Source of the DNA: Malacoraja senta
Lineage: Eukaryota
NCBI GenBank assembly: GCA_038087875.1
Contig: CM075988.1
Span: 26,848,001-26,912,000, forward strand
DNA length: 64,000 nt
Direction of reading: 5' to 3'
Both the position numbers and the translations under genes were made by a program. Every line of letters starts with the position of its first letter. Positions within the stretch are counted from its first letter, which is position 1. Under the pieces are notes generated by a model. The model saw nothing but the letters and a program-made list of their open reading frames with translations. It was not told where the DNA came from and made no database searches. Of this stretch, positions 13,301 to 28,300 are shown piece after piece.

Positions 13301-16300
13301 TGGACAGACTCAATGGTGGGGAGTGAGGAACCGGTGATGCGTTGGGCAATTTTCACCACCCTCTGCAGTGCTTTCCGGTCGGAGACAGAGCAGTTGCCAT
13401 ACCATACTGTGATGCAGTTGGTAAGGATGCTCTCGATGGTGCAGCGGTAGAAGTTCACCAGAATCCGAGGAGACAGATGGACCTTCTTTAGTCTCCTCAG
13501 GAAGAAGAGACGCTGGTGAGCCTTCTTGACCAGAGTTGAGGTATTGTTGGTCCAAGAGAGGTCATCGGAGATGTTGACCCCCAGGAACCTGAAGCTGGAA
13601 ACACGTTCCACCTCCCTCCCGTTAATGTGGATGGGGGTGTGCATGCCGCCCCTAGACTTCCTGAAGTCTACAATGAGCTCCTTGGTCTTCTTGGAGTTAA
13701 GGGCCAGGTTGTTGTCAGCGCACCATGCTGCTAGGAGCTGGACCTCCTCCCTATAGGCCGACTCATCGTTGTTGCTGATGAGGCCAATCACCGTTGTATC
13801 ATCTGCATACTTGATGATGGTGTTAGTACCATGTACAGGTGTGCAGTCGTAGGTGAAGAGGGAGTAGAGGAGGGGGCTCAGCACACAGCCCTGTGGAACG
13901 CCGGTGTTCAGGGTGAGGGTTGAAGAGGTGTGCTTGTCTAACCTAACAGACTGGGGTCTGTTGGTTAGAAAGTCCAGTATCCAGTTGCAGAGGGAGGGGT
14001 CGATGCCCAGGTCACCGAGTTTGGTGATCAGTTTAGAGGGTATGATGGTGTTGAATGCTGAGCTGTAATCGATGAACAGCATTCTTACGTAAGTGTCTCT
14101 GTTGTCGAGGTGGGAGAGGGCGGAGTGAAGTGCCGTTGAGATGGCATCCTCCGTACTCCTGTTCTTGCGGTAGGCAAACTGATAGGGATCCAACGTGGGG
14201 GGTAGGCAGCCTTTGAGGTGTGCCAGGACCAGCCTCTCGAAGCACTTGGCGATGATGGGAGTAAGTGCAACTGGGCGGAAGTCGTTGAGGCTTGCCGCAG
14301 TGGAGTGTTTTGGCACCGGCACGATGGAGGTGGATTTAAGGCACGTGGGCACAACTGCTTGGGCAAGTGACAGGTTGAAGATGTCAGTCCAGACGTCTGT
14401 CAGCTGCGCAGCACAGGCCCTGAGGACGCGCCCGGGGATGCCGTCGGGGCCAGCAGCCTTACGTGCATTAGTCCTACTCAGTGCCACGTACACGTCGAAG
14501 GGGGTGAGTGAGAGGGGCTGGTGATCGGCAGGGAGCACCGCCTTGATGGCCAACTGCCGATTGTCCCTATCGAAACGGCCATAGAAGTGGTTGAGCTCCT
14601 CAAGGAAGGAGGCGTTACTGGATGTGGGGGTGGTGTTGGTGGGTCTAAAGTCCGTGATGGCCTGGATGCCTTGCCACATGCGTCGGGGGTCGGAGTTGTT
14701 GTTGAAGTGCTCCTCAATCCTGAGTTTATGGCAGTGCTTGGCCTTCTTTATGCCCTTCTTCAGGTTAGCCCTGGATGAACTATAGGCTCGGGCATCGCCT
14801 GACCTGAAAGCGGTGTCCCGTGCTTTCAGCAGTAGCCTGACCTCGCTGTTCATCCATGGCTTCTGATTCGGGAATATGGTCACCTGTTTGAGGGAGGTGA
14901 CACTGTTGATGGTGGAGTTTATAAAGTCCAGAACCGATGATGTATAGGAGTCAATGTCCGTGTGGGAGTCAAGGGTGGCCTGGGCTGCAAACGCCTTCCA
15001 GTCAGTGTTTCCAAAACACTGCTGAAGTGTGGAGTCCGCATCCTCAGACCAGACTTTAACTGTCCTCACAGTGGGTTTAACCCGTCTGATGAGTGGGGAG
15101 TACTTTGGGAGCAGGAACAATGAGAGGTGATCAGACTGTCCAAGGTGGGGGAGGGGGATGGCTTTGTAAGCTTCAGCCATGTTGGTGTAGACTTTGTCCA
15201 GTGTCTTGCCTTCTCTAGTGGCGAAGGAGACATGTTGGTGGAATTTGGGGAGTACAGTCTTCAGGTTGGAGTGATTGAAGTCACCCGCAACAATGAAGGC
15301 TGCCTCGGGGTTGTGAGTCTGTTGTTTGCTAATGGCAGAATGCAGATCTTTCATTGCAAGCTTGGCATTAGCATCAGGAGGAATATAGGCTGCAGTCACA
15401 ACAGTGGAGGTAAACTCTCTGGGCAGATAGAACGGTCTGCATCTAACCAAGAGGAACTCTAGGTTAGCTGAGCAGTGACTCTCGATGATGGTGGTGTCCG
15501 TGCACCATGCTTTGTTTACATAAATGCACAGACCTCCACCTCTGGTCTTACCAGAGTCAATTGTCCTGTCCGCTCGGAGTAAATGCCGCCCCGTTAGCTG
15601 GATGGCGCTGTCAGGAACGTCGGTGTTGAGACTTGAACCCACACTGAGTGAACAAATATTAAACTTATTGAGCCATAACTGTCATCATTTCCTTTTTCTC
15701 TTAATTTCTATTAATGATATATTAGTACTGAATCCAACTTTATTGCCACATAGAAAGAATAGATATCAAGCATAGAATTTTCTGGTCTATCAAAGCCAAT
15801 ATTATAATGCACGATAAATCTATATACTGAGCCACATGGGAAAGAGATACAGAAGTGTGAAATGCACACGTCCAGATTCAGTGACAGTTTCTTCCCAGCA
15901 GTTATCAGGCAACTGAATCATCCTACCAACAACTAGAGAGCAGTCCTGAGCTACTATCTACCTCATTGGAGACCCTCGGACTGTCTTTGATCGGACTTTA
16001 CTGGGCTTTATCTTGTTCACGTTAGTCCTTTTATCATGTATTTGTGACTGTGCATGGCTTGATTATAATCATGTATTGTCTTTCCACTGACACGTTAGCA
16101 CACAACAAAAGCTTTTCACTGGACCTCTGTACACATGACAATAAACTAAACTCAAACTCAAAATGAACTTAGCAGTTGTATTAAGATTCTAGTAATGTTT
16201 ATGATACTTATTTTTTAAATGCTGACAAATATGTCATTTAAATTTAGAATATATAAATTTACTGGAACTAGCCCAAAAAAAGGAAGAACAAGAGAAAAAA

Positions 16301-19300
16301 GTAATGGAAGAATTTGAACGAGGGAATTTGAATACTACAACTGCTCATGAAATGCTCAAGAAATTATCTAGTCCTAATAAGATTCCATTCTTCTATCTTG
16401 GTGGTGTGAGGTTTCTGACTGAACTGATGAAGGAGAGTAAGTAAATGAAAAAAGTAATGTTTTTAGTTGTCAGAGCTATCCAGAAGCATATGTTTTTGCA
16501 ATGTTGTTTTACTGCAGTTGTGCTTATGTTGAATAAATGATCTATGAACCTAACTGAACAATATAAGTTAGTGGTGTATGAGCAGAAAATACCTAAAATA
16601 CTCAACAAACCAGGCAACACTGGAGCCACAGGAGAGTTTAGGATGCGGAGCCTCTGTGTTAAACAAAGTACTGGAATCAGCATTTGGTGAACCAGACGTT
16701 GAACTATTCTGATATCCAAATAGTTGGATGGAGGAGCATTAGAACGGTGACACAAAATGCTGGAGTAACTCAGCGGGCAGGCTGCATCTCTGGAGAGAAG
16801 GAATGGGTGACATTTCGGGTCGAGACCCTTCTTCAGACTTATTCAGATTATCAGAATGTTATTGTATTACATAGAAACATAGCTAAATAGGACTAGAGGT
16901 TTGGGCCCTTTGAACCCACTCCATTTTTCAATATGATCAAGGCTGGTCCTATCCCATGAACATATTCCTGCATCTTCCCCACACTCCTGGATAATTTTAG
17001 TGTCCAGAAATTTATCTAACATCCTCTTAAATAGATTCGGTGCCTTGGCTTCCACAGCCTTTTGTGGAAGAAAACATTACAGATTCACCATTTTTGTAGA
17101 AATTGGATTAGAAAAGAATATTAGTTTTTTTACATTTGATGAACATACCAGCTGCAATTTTGGGAATAAATTTGAAATGTTTGTGCTCTTTCCTGTTGAA
17201 TCTCTCCTCCTTTAAATCAGGAATTTAACCTGGGTGCACACTTCCTCCTACAATTCATGTTGATACTGATGCAAAATTCACAGGAGATTGTAAATATGAT
17301 GGATTCATCGTCATGCGTGGCAGCGCTAAACACTTTCTGATAGAAATTAGATCAAAAGGTCAAGGCTAATGACTTTCAATATTAACTGACATTCAACAAA
17401 ATCTATCGTGTGTAGGTGGAGTGCAACTTGAATGATTTAAAGTATTCCCCACGATATTGCTCTTGTGGAACTGTGTGTGTATATTATGTCTGTGTTATGT
17501 ATTGCTAATGTTGTAAAGTCTATGTCATTTTGTTTATGAACAGTGGAACTGAGAGAATGTGTCTTTGTCTCAGTTGCATTTGCTCTGATGATGAGACCTA
17601 TCACGCAGGCCTCTGAACTGTCTCTGTGGATTTCACTTTCCACAGAGCTGCCTGATCAGCTGGGCTTTCCTGCATTTGATGTTTTTATTTCAGATTTCCA
17701 ACGCTTGCATTTTTTTCCTGATTTTCATTGTGAAATTAGTTTTATTTAGTGAATTAGCAACACTCTCACCACGGAATCTGAAGATAGGTACTTTAAGTCA
17801 CCTATCTTCCTACAGAAGTTTTTTAAAAGCTATTCAGTATTTATTTTATTAGCCCAATGGAACAAGTTACTTATCTCCTTGTATCAGGTGTTGGAAAATT
17901 TGAAACATTAATTCAACTTTTATTTACGCGCATTGATAGATCTCCTTAGTATTTCTTTATCAATCTGATCCGTTATAATTTGTAGTAAAAGCTGATAGGA
18001 TTAGTTTATTTTTAAACCAGTATAATTGACCTTTAACCATTGTTGCAGGTACTGAGCAGACATTATTCAGAACTAATGGTGGATTCAGTGTTGTCAATGA
18101 CAATGAGGTTATAAGAAGGTAAGCTTGTTAGCATCTACATCAGACAATACCAATACTGAAACCAGCTGAAGGTTTGGAAAATAATGATAAAATAGAAACA
18201 TATTGAAATACATTTGCATCCATTAACCTTTATGGCAGGCCCTTGAATAGGCACAGTAATTCCTGCTGTTTCATAAATCACGGCTCAAATATGCCATGAT
18301 AGTAATGTGTGTTTTGATTTGCAGCAGTAAAATAGGTATTTATTAGACGAAAGGTCACATTTTGGCAGACTACAGAGATTATCGTGAGGAGTTGGGCTCC
18401 ATACACCTGTTGTGCTCCATGAAAGGAAAGAAACTTCCAATCTCCACACATTAGATTCAGCTTGCAGTGAAAGATGTAAATCACCAAACATGAAACAGAA
18501 AATATCTCCTTACCAATGTGTATTTTACATTGTAAATGCATGTGGAGTCACTGCAGAAGTTGTATCTTAATGTGCAAAACTGCTGCCGTAGATTGCAAAC
18601 ATTTATATTTTTAATGGATAAGTGCGTGTGGCTGTATTCTTTATGACATTAAATATTCTTGGCCTTTTGAAAAGTGTGGAGTTTTATAATTTATATAATT
18701 TTGGAAGGGCCAGAAATATTATTTTTGATAGTTCATGTCTTTAACAGGAGTCTTGTGAGTTCAGAGAAGGAATCATGTGAGGTGGAACTTTGTGCTTCTG
18801 TCCTTGCACTGTGGAAGGCTGTCTGTCATGCAAATGGTAATTACATATACCTGTAATGATGGACGTAAAGGTTACTCTTTTATAACTATAACCTTGTTTC
18901 CTTTAATCAATGGAATTAGTGGGCTTGGCAGAGAGGAGGGACTGTGGATAAATAAAGTATTTAATTGCAACCATTAGATGACCTGGTCATTGGGGCCCTT
19001 GGGATACAGTCTATTAAACAAAGGTTGATCAACGTGGGACCCACGGGTGGGTTACCAGTTATCACATCAACCCAAAATAATATCTGGTAATTAAGTCAAA
19101 AAGTAGGGCCAGACGATATCATTTAAAAGTAAGGTTAAATTAAATTTGTGGAGTGAGAAAGGATTAATTAGAGATCTTGTGTTATTACCCCCGATGTAGT
19201 AGTGACCACTGGCAGTGAAGAAGGTCGAGGACAGAAAGGTGGTTATGGGAATGGGAAGGGGAGTTAAAATGATAAGCATCTGGGAGTACCATCAGGCCTT

Positions 19301-22300
19301 GGCGGATACAACAGCTGCTGAGCCTATGCTTGGTCTCACTGCTGAATCTCCCGGTTTCTATCCACTTCAACTCCCATTCACATTCACATGTCGATCTTTC
19401 TGTCCTTGGCCTTCTCTAGTGAGTGGGGTCAGGCTCAAAATGGAAGAACAGCACTCCATATTCTGCTTGGATAGCCTATAACCCAATACTGAATACAGAA
19501 CATTGAATTCTCCAATCTCACATAAACCCCCTGACTCCTCCCCACCATGGTTGGTTTCTTCCAGCCCCACTGCGCATACGTTTTTCCCACTCCGCCATCA
19601 CCCTATTTCTTTTTGCCGCTTCTGCTCATCTCCCACCTCTCACGAGTCCCTCATGTTTCTTTTAGCCTTCCCTCCCTTCTTCCCCCTTCTCTCCCCCTTC
19701 CCTTCCAGCTTTACATTTCACTCACCTCCTTAACCAGTATCCTATCCTCGTGATTCTAGCTTTGTTACAATCTGCACTCATCTCTTAATCACCCCCTCTC
19801 ATCTGAATCCTCCTGTCACAAGCCAGTTTTCACCCCACTCCCTCAACCCCCTCTCTACAGCTTCCACCCCTCTACTACATCAATCAGTGGAAGAATCCCA
19901 ACCTGAGACTGACCATTTCCCCCCACAGATTCTGCCTGACCCGCTGAGTTCCGCCAACATTATTCGTTGCTCGTGATTATCTCTTGTGACTCTTTAATAT
20001 CCCTAGCTCTTTCCTCATTATGTAATGAACAGAATATTCAAATTAAGGCCTCTGGGAACAAAATTTGATTACAAATTGATTCTTCCAATTAACAAAGTGT
20101 GAGAATAAAACATTGCAACTCCTTTCTGCAGAAAGAGGATGCCGATTATGTATAATAATGTATAGTTAATGCATAATAATGTAGTAATAATGTATAATAG
20201 TTTGTTAATACCTTATAGTGTGTAGTGATTATATATAATTCGGTATTCAGTTCAGTGGTTTCCATTTGGATTGATAACTACCAGGTTAATTTTGTTTCCT
20301 TTTTTAAACTTTGTTCTGTTCGTAGAGGAAAACCAGCGAATACTTATCACATCTTCTGATACAAATGAACTATTACTGAATCTGTTGTGCTGCAAGGAGA
20401 GTGAGATACATAACGAGTGCCTGGCTCTACTGTCCTTTTTCCTATTGACTGAATATGGCAGAGGTCTACTGCTATGCAATCTCAATTTAACAAGGTAATC
20501 CCTTTATCACACATGTGGGAATGTAAATAGAAGTTCTTTTGTGCTAAAGTTAAAAAGAAAAAGTGAAAAATCCACATGTGTGACCAGTGCAGAAAAAACT
20601 TAGTAGGAAATCAGCCATAAATTATCATAAAAAGAGATATATAATTTACATACACATCTACCATATGACAAATGAATAGATTGATGTTTACATTGGTTCT
20701 AGAATCCTCAGCACTGTACAACTAAAGTTACACATTGATAAAGTTAGTTGACCTTTAATGCTGATCAAGGTTTTTTTTTAATGGAATTTAATTAATATTA
20801 TTATTCTTTTCACTACCACTGAAAATAAACATGAATCTAGCCTGCCTTGAAGCAGAATGACAAGTGATGGGCATGGGATGTGGCCATTGCCACCTGCTTC
20901 TAAAGTCGCAGAAGATGAATTTGATCCTCTATTTTATCCATGGTGTCAACTCTTCAGCACTGCGATATTTCCCTAATTAATACATTCGATCTCTTTTTCC
21001 TTTCCCAAATTTTCTGAATGTATTGTATGCAGGCATATTCTGAGCCCGTTCCTGTCTTTTTTTATAATTCTGGTTTCTCACATTGTCAGAGCATCATAAT
21101 CACAGCTGATTCTTTGCACCTGAAGATCACCAACCTTAATTAATACACTTCCTTGCCTACGTACATGTACTGGAGGTGTGACATTAGCTGTGTGTTTTGT
21201 GTGGGTGGCGGGTGGCTGGAGGATTGATGAAGAAATACGCTCAAGTAGTTTATATAAAGGGAATATGCCTGAGTTGTATTCTCAGAACCAAACATGGACC
21301 TGCTCAAGGAGACCCCCTTTAAATCATGCTGCTACAGAGAATAAAATGCATTGAAAATATGGACTATCCCAAGACTTGCGCACACCTGGTGTGTGGCAAC
21401 TAAGTGAAATAATTTCTCCAGCAGTGCTGTACAGGGATGGCATAATTAGGTTGGAATCTGATCTAGAAATGAGTCGTGAGCACAAGGACTTTATGTGATT
21501 AGATGAACCTGGTCATACTGCGGAGTAGACCTGATGGGCCGAATGGCCTATCTACTACCATCACATAATTACTGGAGTGGTGTGGAATGATAGAGAAGTA
21601 ATTGTAGTCGGATTCCACTTGGAACAAATGTCGACACTTGTGTATGATGCCAAAAAGCTGCACATCTGCATTTCTTGTGTGCTATATCATTGAATTCACG
21701 AGTAGTTTTAGTTAACAGTAAAGCCACAGTGTATATGAAGTATGACTGCAACTTAAAAAGTATTCTTGGTTTTTAAAGCACATAAGGTTTCTGAGTTTCT
21801 TATCTAACATCAGTTCTTTTTGTATAGATTGATGAAGATCTTGATAGGATTTGTCAATTACTCTGATGAAACCAGTGGCCGCGCCATGAATATCCTCACC
21901 AACTTAATTTCAGAGCAAAAGTAATCTATTTGTTCACTTGATGCTTCACTTAGTCTTGTATTTTTCTGTACTATGTAGTGTAACTCAGCCATTTTCATCA
22001 ATTACATCAAAGAAGGAAACCATTACCCTTTCACCTCAGACATTAGAGGTACAGCGCGGAAACGGGCACCTTGGCCCATTGAGCCCGCGCTGACCAGCGA
22101 TTACCCCTGCACACTAACACTCTGACACACTAGCACTATCCTACACACATGGGACAATTTACAATTTTACCAAAGCCAATTAACCTACAAATCAGTATGC
22201 CTTTGGAATGTGGGAGGGAGCGTGTCACAGGGAGAACGTACAAATTCCGTACGGACACCACCCATAGTCAGGATCGAACCGGGTCTCTGGCGCTGTAAGG

Positions 22301-25300
22301 CAGCAGATCTTCCTTTGCGCCACCGTGCCGCCCCAAAGGGACTCCCCCATCAAGTCTCTTGTGTTTTACACCGTCTACAAACAGATAATTCATCCCTTGT
22401 GATACATCTTCCTGAAATAAACATGAGACCTGTTATTCCAAGCAATCAGAGCCAGACTCACTATCAACAGCACTACAGGAATCATTCCAGCATTCATTTG
22501 GGTTATTTTACAAGAGAACAAGAAAGGAAGGGAATTCCTATACAGTGCAGTTTTCTAATACTACCCTGTCAGTAATACTACCCTGTCAATCATTGGCTAT
22601 ATTTAAGAGGGAGTTAGATGTGGTCCTTGTGGCAAAAGGGATTAGGGGGTATGGAGAGAAGGCAGGTACAGGATACTGAGTTGGATGATCAGCCATGATC
22701 ATATTGAATGGCGGTGCAGGCTCGAAGGGCCGAATGGCCTACTTCTGCACCTATTTTCTATGTTTCTATGTAGGAAAAGCAACATAAAGCATATGAAACT
22801 AATTTGACTAAAGTCTGCAAGACAGAAGAAAATGGGATACAAAATGGTTAAACAGGATGAAGGAATGGGTGATAGTTTGAAGAAGGGTCTCGACCTGAAA
22901 CATCACCCATTCCTTCTATCCTGAGATGCTGCCTGTTCCACTGAATTACTCCAGCATTTTCATGTGATAGGAGTAGAGCCATTCGGCCCACGAAGTCTAC
23001 TCCGCCATTCAATCATGGCTAATCTATCTCTCCTTCCTAACCCCATTCTCCTGCCTTCTCCCCATAACCTCTGACACCCGTGTTATGTCTATTCTGGGTC
23101 TATCTTCAGTGTAAACCAGCATCTGCAGTTCCTTCTTAAACAAAATGGTTAAACGAGGTATACGCTGACAGTTTATAAAGACAGTTGGCTATTTGCTCCT
23201 TTATTGAAAATAGTAAGAATGTGGAAAAAGATCTGAAGGTTCTTTCTAAGGTGGTCGTTCCTGATTCCTCAAATTTTGATCATTAAAAGTGTGCCTAGAG
23301 TATAATCCTGATCTGACAGGTTGTTATTGGCATAGACATTGAACTTTGTGTACTAAGATGATAATAATGTTTTTAGTTTTTATGACAATAACATCTCAAC
23401 TTTCCTCCCTATTAGGTTTAGAAAATATTGTCAGAATGATTTTGCAATTCACGTAATACCATCATTTGAAATCCTCCTGGTAAGGAATGAATTAGTACTG
23501 AGGTTTCCTCTGCACATGTAGGTGGGTGGGTGTGTTGAAGGGGACATATGAGTTTTGCTTTTTATATTCTTGCATGCTCTGCATGTTATCATTAAATCTT
23601 AGCAGAAAAGCATTTTCTATACTTTTACTTTAAATGTTTGGTTTGATAATGCTAATGCATGTTTTAACTTTGCAGAAAAACTTGAAATTGGTGAATAAAC
23701 AGATCCTTCCACAATGTATTTCAATCATAGGGAACTTAGCAACTGACAAGACAACTTCAAGGCAAATTGCAGGGCGAGAGGAATTTTGGGAGTCATGCCT
23801 AATTTGCATGGTAAGTTTTTTTAGAATATGTAAATGTGCTTGTTTACCTTTAAATCTACTGATTTCCTATGTCAGAGTATGAATTGTGAGATTAATGAGT
23901 ATACTTGCTGCATCAAGATCCATTACACACTCATCAGTGTGGGATACTGAATATTCTGAAATACTGAGTGTCAGATTAATGAGAATTGATTAAATATGTA
24001 TTCTTATTTTAGGAGCATTTTAATTTATTTGCTGCAACTCAAAGCCTCTGGAATAAATTTGGGATGGGGTCTGGTGCTGATCTCGCAGACTGCAAATTAA
24101 GGATAGATAACGATGAGTGATTGTTCATATAATATCAAATGAACAACAGGTGGCTTGTTAGTTTATTGGCATTATGCAATGAATGTCAGCTTTGTCTCCG
24201 TGCTGAATTCTTTGTTCTGACACAGGTGACTTTCCTATGATGCAGGTGAAAAAATGAGCATGGCAGAACCCAGGCCAATAGTTACCATGTGTGACTGGCT
24301 GGGTATTGTATGGTTATCCAGGGTGGTGACATGTAATCGTGGCGAGGCTCCCAAAGTATGTAAGAAAAACGAGTCCAGTGTGGCAGATCACCGAATCAAG
24401 TTTGCATTTCTCGGATTTTGCTCTTGGGCATAGACCAGCCAAATCAAAGTTCTTCAACGAGAATGCTGGAGATTGCAACGTTCATCGTAATGTATAATAC
24501 CCAGCTGCTCTCAATTGCTTCTATGCAAAGTCTTAACTGCCTAATCCTACTGCCCCACCCCCCCCCATCTTCCCCTTTTGACTTTAATACACGACCCTGT
24601 GAGTTGCCTCTTCTGAAATAACTCCCATCTTTTCTGACACATGCAAATTGCAAGAATGTTATTAATCAGTGTTTTCATGGAATTATGACAGGAAAACCCT
24701 GATAAACCATAATACAATTTGTCCAGAAATCCTGATGGTTTGGCCTGTGGTTCAATGGTTGCAGGTTCCCATGTGGGTCTCACAAACACGAGCCACCGTT
24801 CTACACTCACTTTTCAGCTCGCTGGGTTTGCTGGAAAATTATACTCAGTGTAACATCTTAAACATGTACTGGGATATAAATTACAATATCATCCATCAGT
24901 CTGTGCAATCTGCTCGTCCGGCACCACAAGTCCTGAGCGTGCCAGATGAACAGTTGCACTGTAGTTAGTTGTAGTGTGCACCAATGTCTAGCCTAGATCA
25001 AGACCAACATCATGAAAGTCTACAATGCTTGGATTCACTTTGAGTTTTGTTGGATGAGTTGTTGGAGGCTATAACAGGATTATATTTTGATGTGGGCTTT
25101 ACAATTAAGGTAAATTGGTGTCACTGTATTTTATAAATTTTCTGATTGCTACATCTTAAATATTTGATGAGCCCCATCATTCAGTAGGAAGGAGATTTAG
25201 AACCTTGAGTCACGGTGTCAGGACAACAACATAACCCATGACACCAGCAAAATTAAAGAGTTAGTTGTTGATCTAAGGAAGCAAGGGAGTGAACACAACC

Positions 25301-28300
25301 CCGTCCTCATCAATGGAGTTACTGTAGAGATGGTCAACAGCTTCAAGTTCTGAAGCTACCAAGTTACCAGCAACGTAACCTGGACTCTTCAGAATGAAGC
25401 GATAATCAAGAAAGTACATCTGCATATTTGCTTTCTTAGTTATCCAAGAAGATTTAGTTTGTCCATGAAGATTCTCTGGAACTTCTGCAGATCTGCCACA
25501 GAAAGTATTCTCTTGGGATACATCTCAACATGGTATGGCAACTGCTCCACTCTTGACCTCCTGAACCTGCAGAGCGAGTGTGGACACTCTTTCCGTTCCG
25601 CTGTTTCCGTCCAGTCCATCGTCATGGTGCTCTGCATCAGGAAGGCTGAAGGTATCGTCAAGGAAGCCTGCCACTCCATCCATTTCCTTTTCTCTTCTCT
25701 ACCTTCTGGGAGAAGATACTGGAGCTTGAAGACTTAAGAAAAGCTTCTTCATCAGAAGAAGGAGCTGCAGATTCTAGTTCACACCGAAGATAGACACAAA
25801 ATGCTGGAGTAACTCAGCGTGTCAGGCAGCATCTCTGGAGAGAAAAAATGAGTGACATTTCGGGTCAAGACCCTTCATCAGACTGATGAAGGGTCTTGAC
25901 CCGAAATGTCACTTGTTCCTTTTCTCCAATGATGCTGTCTGACCCGCTGAGATCTTTCCCATATTCAGATTCCTGAAGCAAATATCTCTTTCACAACCCC
26001 TTCCTAGAGGTGCTGCCATGCATTCTTACTATTAATTCTGCCTTATTCAGTTACACTTTTTTGCGGTAGTTGCGATTACGTTACAGTCTTGCACCATTGT
26101 GCTGTTTTGCACTAGTAGTCATTGTATTGTTGTATTTATCATTACTCTATGAGTACCCTGGTGTATTTGACAGTAAATTAACCCTGAGTATGCAACAACA
26201 TCTTTCAATTTACACAGGATGACACTATGATACCAAGCACCATGGCAGAGTTCAGAGATGTCCTGTACACCCTTCTGGGCCTGATGGTAAACCTATCCAT
26301 AGAACAATGCAGCAGCATCCAGGTAGGAGGTTAATGACAGGAACAGCAAGAGTTCAACTTTAAGTAATATTTGTGATTTTCATTTTCGTTCTAATTATAG
26401 AAAGAGGCCATTCAGCCCTTCAAGTCCATGCCTGCCCTTAGACCAATCCCACGGCCCCATTTTATTTATTTGTAACCTATTCTCTCGCACGCCCGCTAAC
26501 AGCCCCTTGATGATCCTGCCACCCACCTATGCAAGGTGTAATGTACGGTAGTCAATTAACCTTGGAGGAACACAAAGGTAACCTAAGTGCCTGTGGAAGA
26601 AGATGCACCTTTACTATACATAGCAGCAGAGATCTGCATTGAAGCCGTGTCACCAGAGCGGAGTTAGCAGCCTTACTAGCTGTGCCTTCATGTAGCTCCT
26701 CTCTGCTGCCCTGTAGCACCGCCAACTTGTCTCTAAAGGCAGCAGCTGTATGACTCCTGTTATGGCTCCGTGCTGTTATGCGGGTCGTCTTGACTAACAT
26801 TGCAATGCAAGGAAGTGGAGAGTGGCTTAGATGATATCCGCGCCTCATATCCACTCATGTACTTGGAGCTAGTTTCATCAGACAACTATATGATGAGAAC
26901 ATGCTGAGATCATCGCATACATCATTTATTGGAATTTGAATAGACATTCATTTCTCAGGATAATTGGAGTTCTTTAAAGTTCTAGGCAAGGCTGTTCCCT
27001 GCAGCCGACTGTTGCATCTCCCATTGCATGATTACATTTTGCCAGCAAACTTTAACTATAATTACCACTATGGAAAATCTGTAAACACATGGGAGAATCT
27101 GTACAACTTTATCGATAATCTGTCCATATACTGACAGAGACACTAATTATGGAGCTACAGCCTGATTGAATTAATATATAAACAAGCAATGCTGGAAAAA
27201 GTCAATGTCTAGCAGCATCAGTGTAGAGAAAACCGAGTTATCATTGCAGTTTCAAACATTTTTTTAACGTTTTTTTTTCAATTTAATGATCTAAATTATG
27301 GAAAAAGTAGAGCAATTATTTATTCTGTTTAAGAAGGAACTGCAGATGCTGGAAAATCGAAGGTAGACAAAAATGCTGGAGAAACTCAGTGGGTGAGGCA
27401 GCATCTATTATTTATTCACAAGGTTAGACTGTTACCACAGCTCAAGATAGAAGGGATCTTGAATTTTGGGTAAAGCTATGTTAATAGTATCTAGATTTTC
27501 CAAACTTATTGTCGGTTTATGTATTTTAAGGTAAAAACTCCAGCTATTACAGAAAGATGCATCTCTCTACTTGCCAGCACGGATGGTGGGATCCTAACAG
27601 TAAGTATGACCAACTCAAACTAGCTAATTAAATAGGGATTCATGTTGGTGAGGTCAAGGTGATTTAAGTGGCTTAATGAATCGGTTGTTTCATGTTGCTT
27701 TTACATTTTACAGAGAACAGCGGGGCTTCTGAGTCATGTGCTCCCGCAGTCTGAGGAAGCTGTGGAAAAGGCAGTGGAAGCCGGAATGGTGAAAACAATG
27801 CTCAGATTTATAAAAGTAAGAAGCACAGATATCCAATGTTTAGTATACTGTACGTAGTCTTCAATGCCCTACAAAAGGGATGAGGGTAGAAATGCAGACG
27901 GCTGCTTGTTCTAATTGCACAACAGTGCGGTACAGTACTGACGGCACAGCGACTCTGCAGACTTCAATTTGCAGTTAACCTGAGAGGAATGTGCATGATG
28001 GTAGCATCTGTGCAGTCTGCTGTTATTGCAATCACAGCAAAACACACAGCTGCTGCTATAATGCACATTCACTACATGCAATTGAGCACTAATTACTGCT
28101 ATATTAGCTTGTAGTCTGTGTTCCTCCTGACAATGTGAGACATATTAAAACAATTTTAAATTAAGCAACACAAAGGAGAATTCACAATTTTGCTGTTTCT
28201 ACTAAATAATTGATCTAAACCAGAACAATGAAAATTCCAGTCTGTGGTATTCCTGCTTTGCTCCCCTGTTACCCATGGCCAAAATGTGTGTGCTTGGGCA

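Noticed and set aside
15627..15642. Start of the 840-aa ORF (MGSSLN) as a real LINE ORF2 start or domesticated gene
   Set aside because: The GTG start lies in flanking host sequence beyond the TSD, and the endonuclease is 5'-truncated
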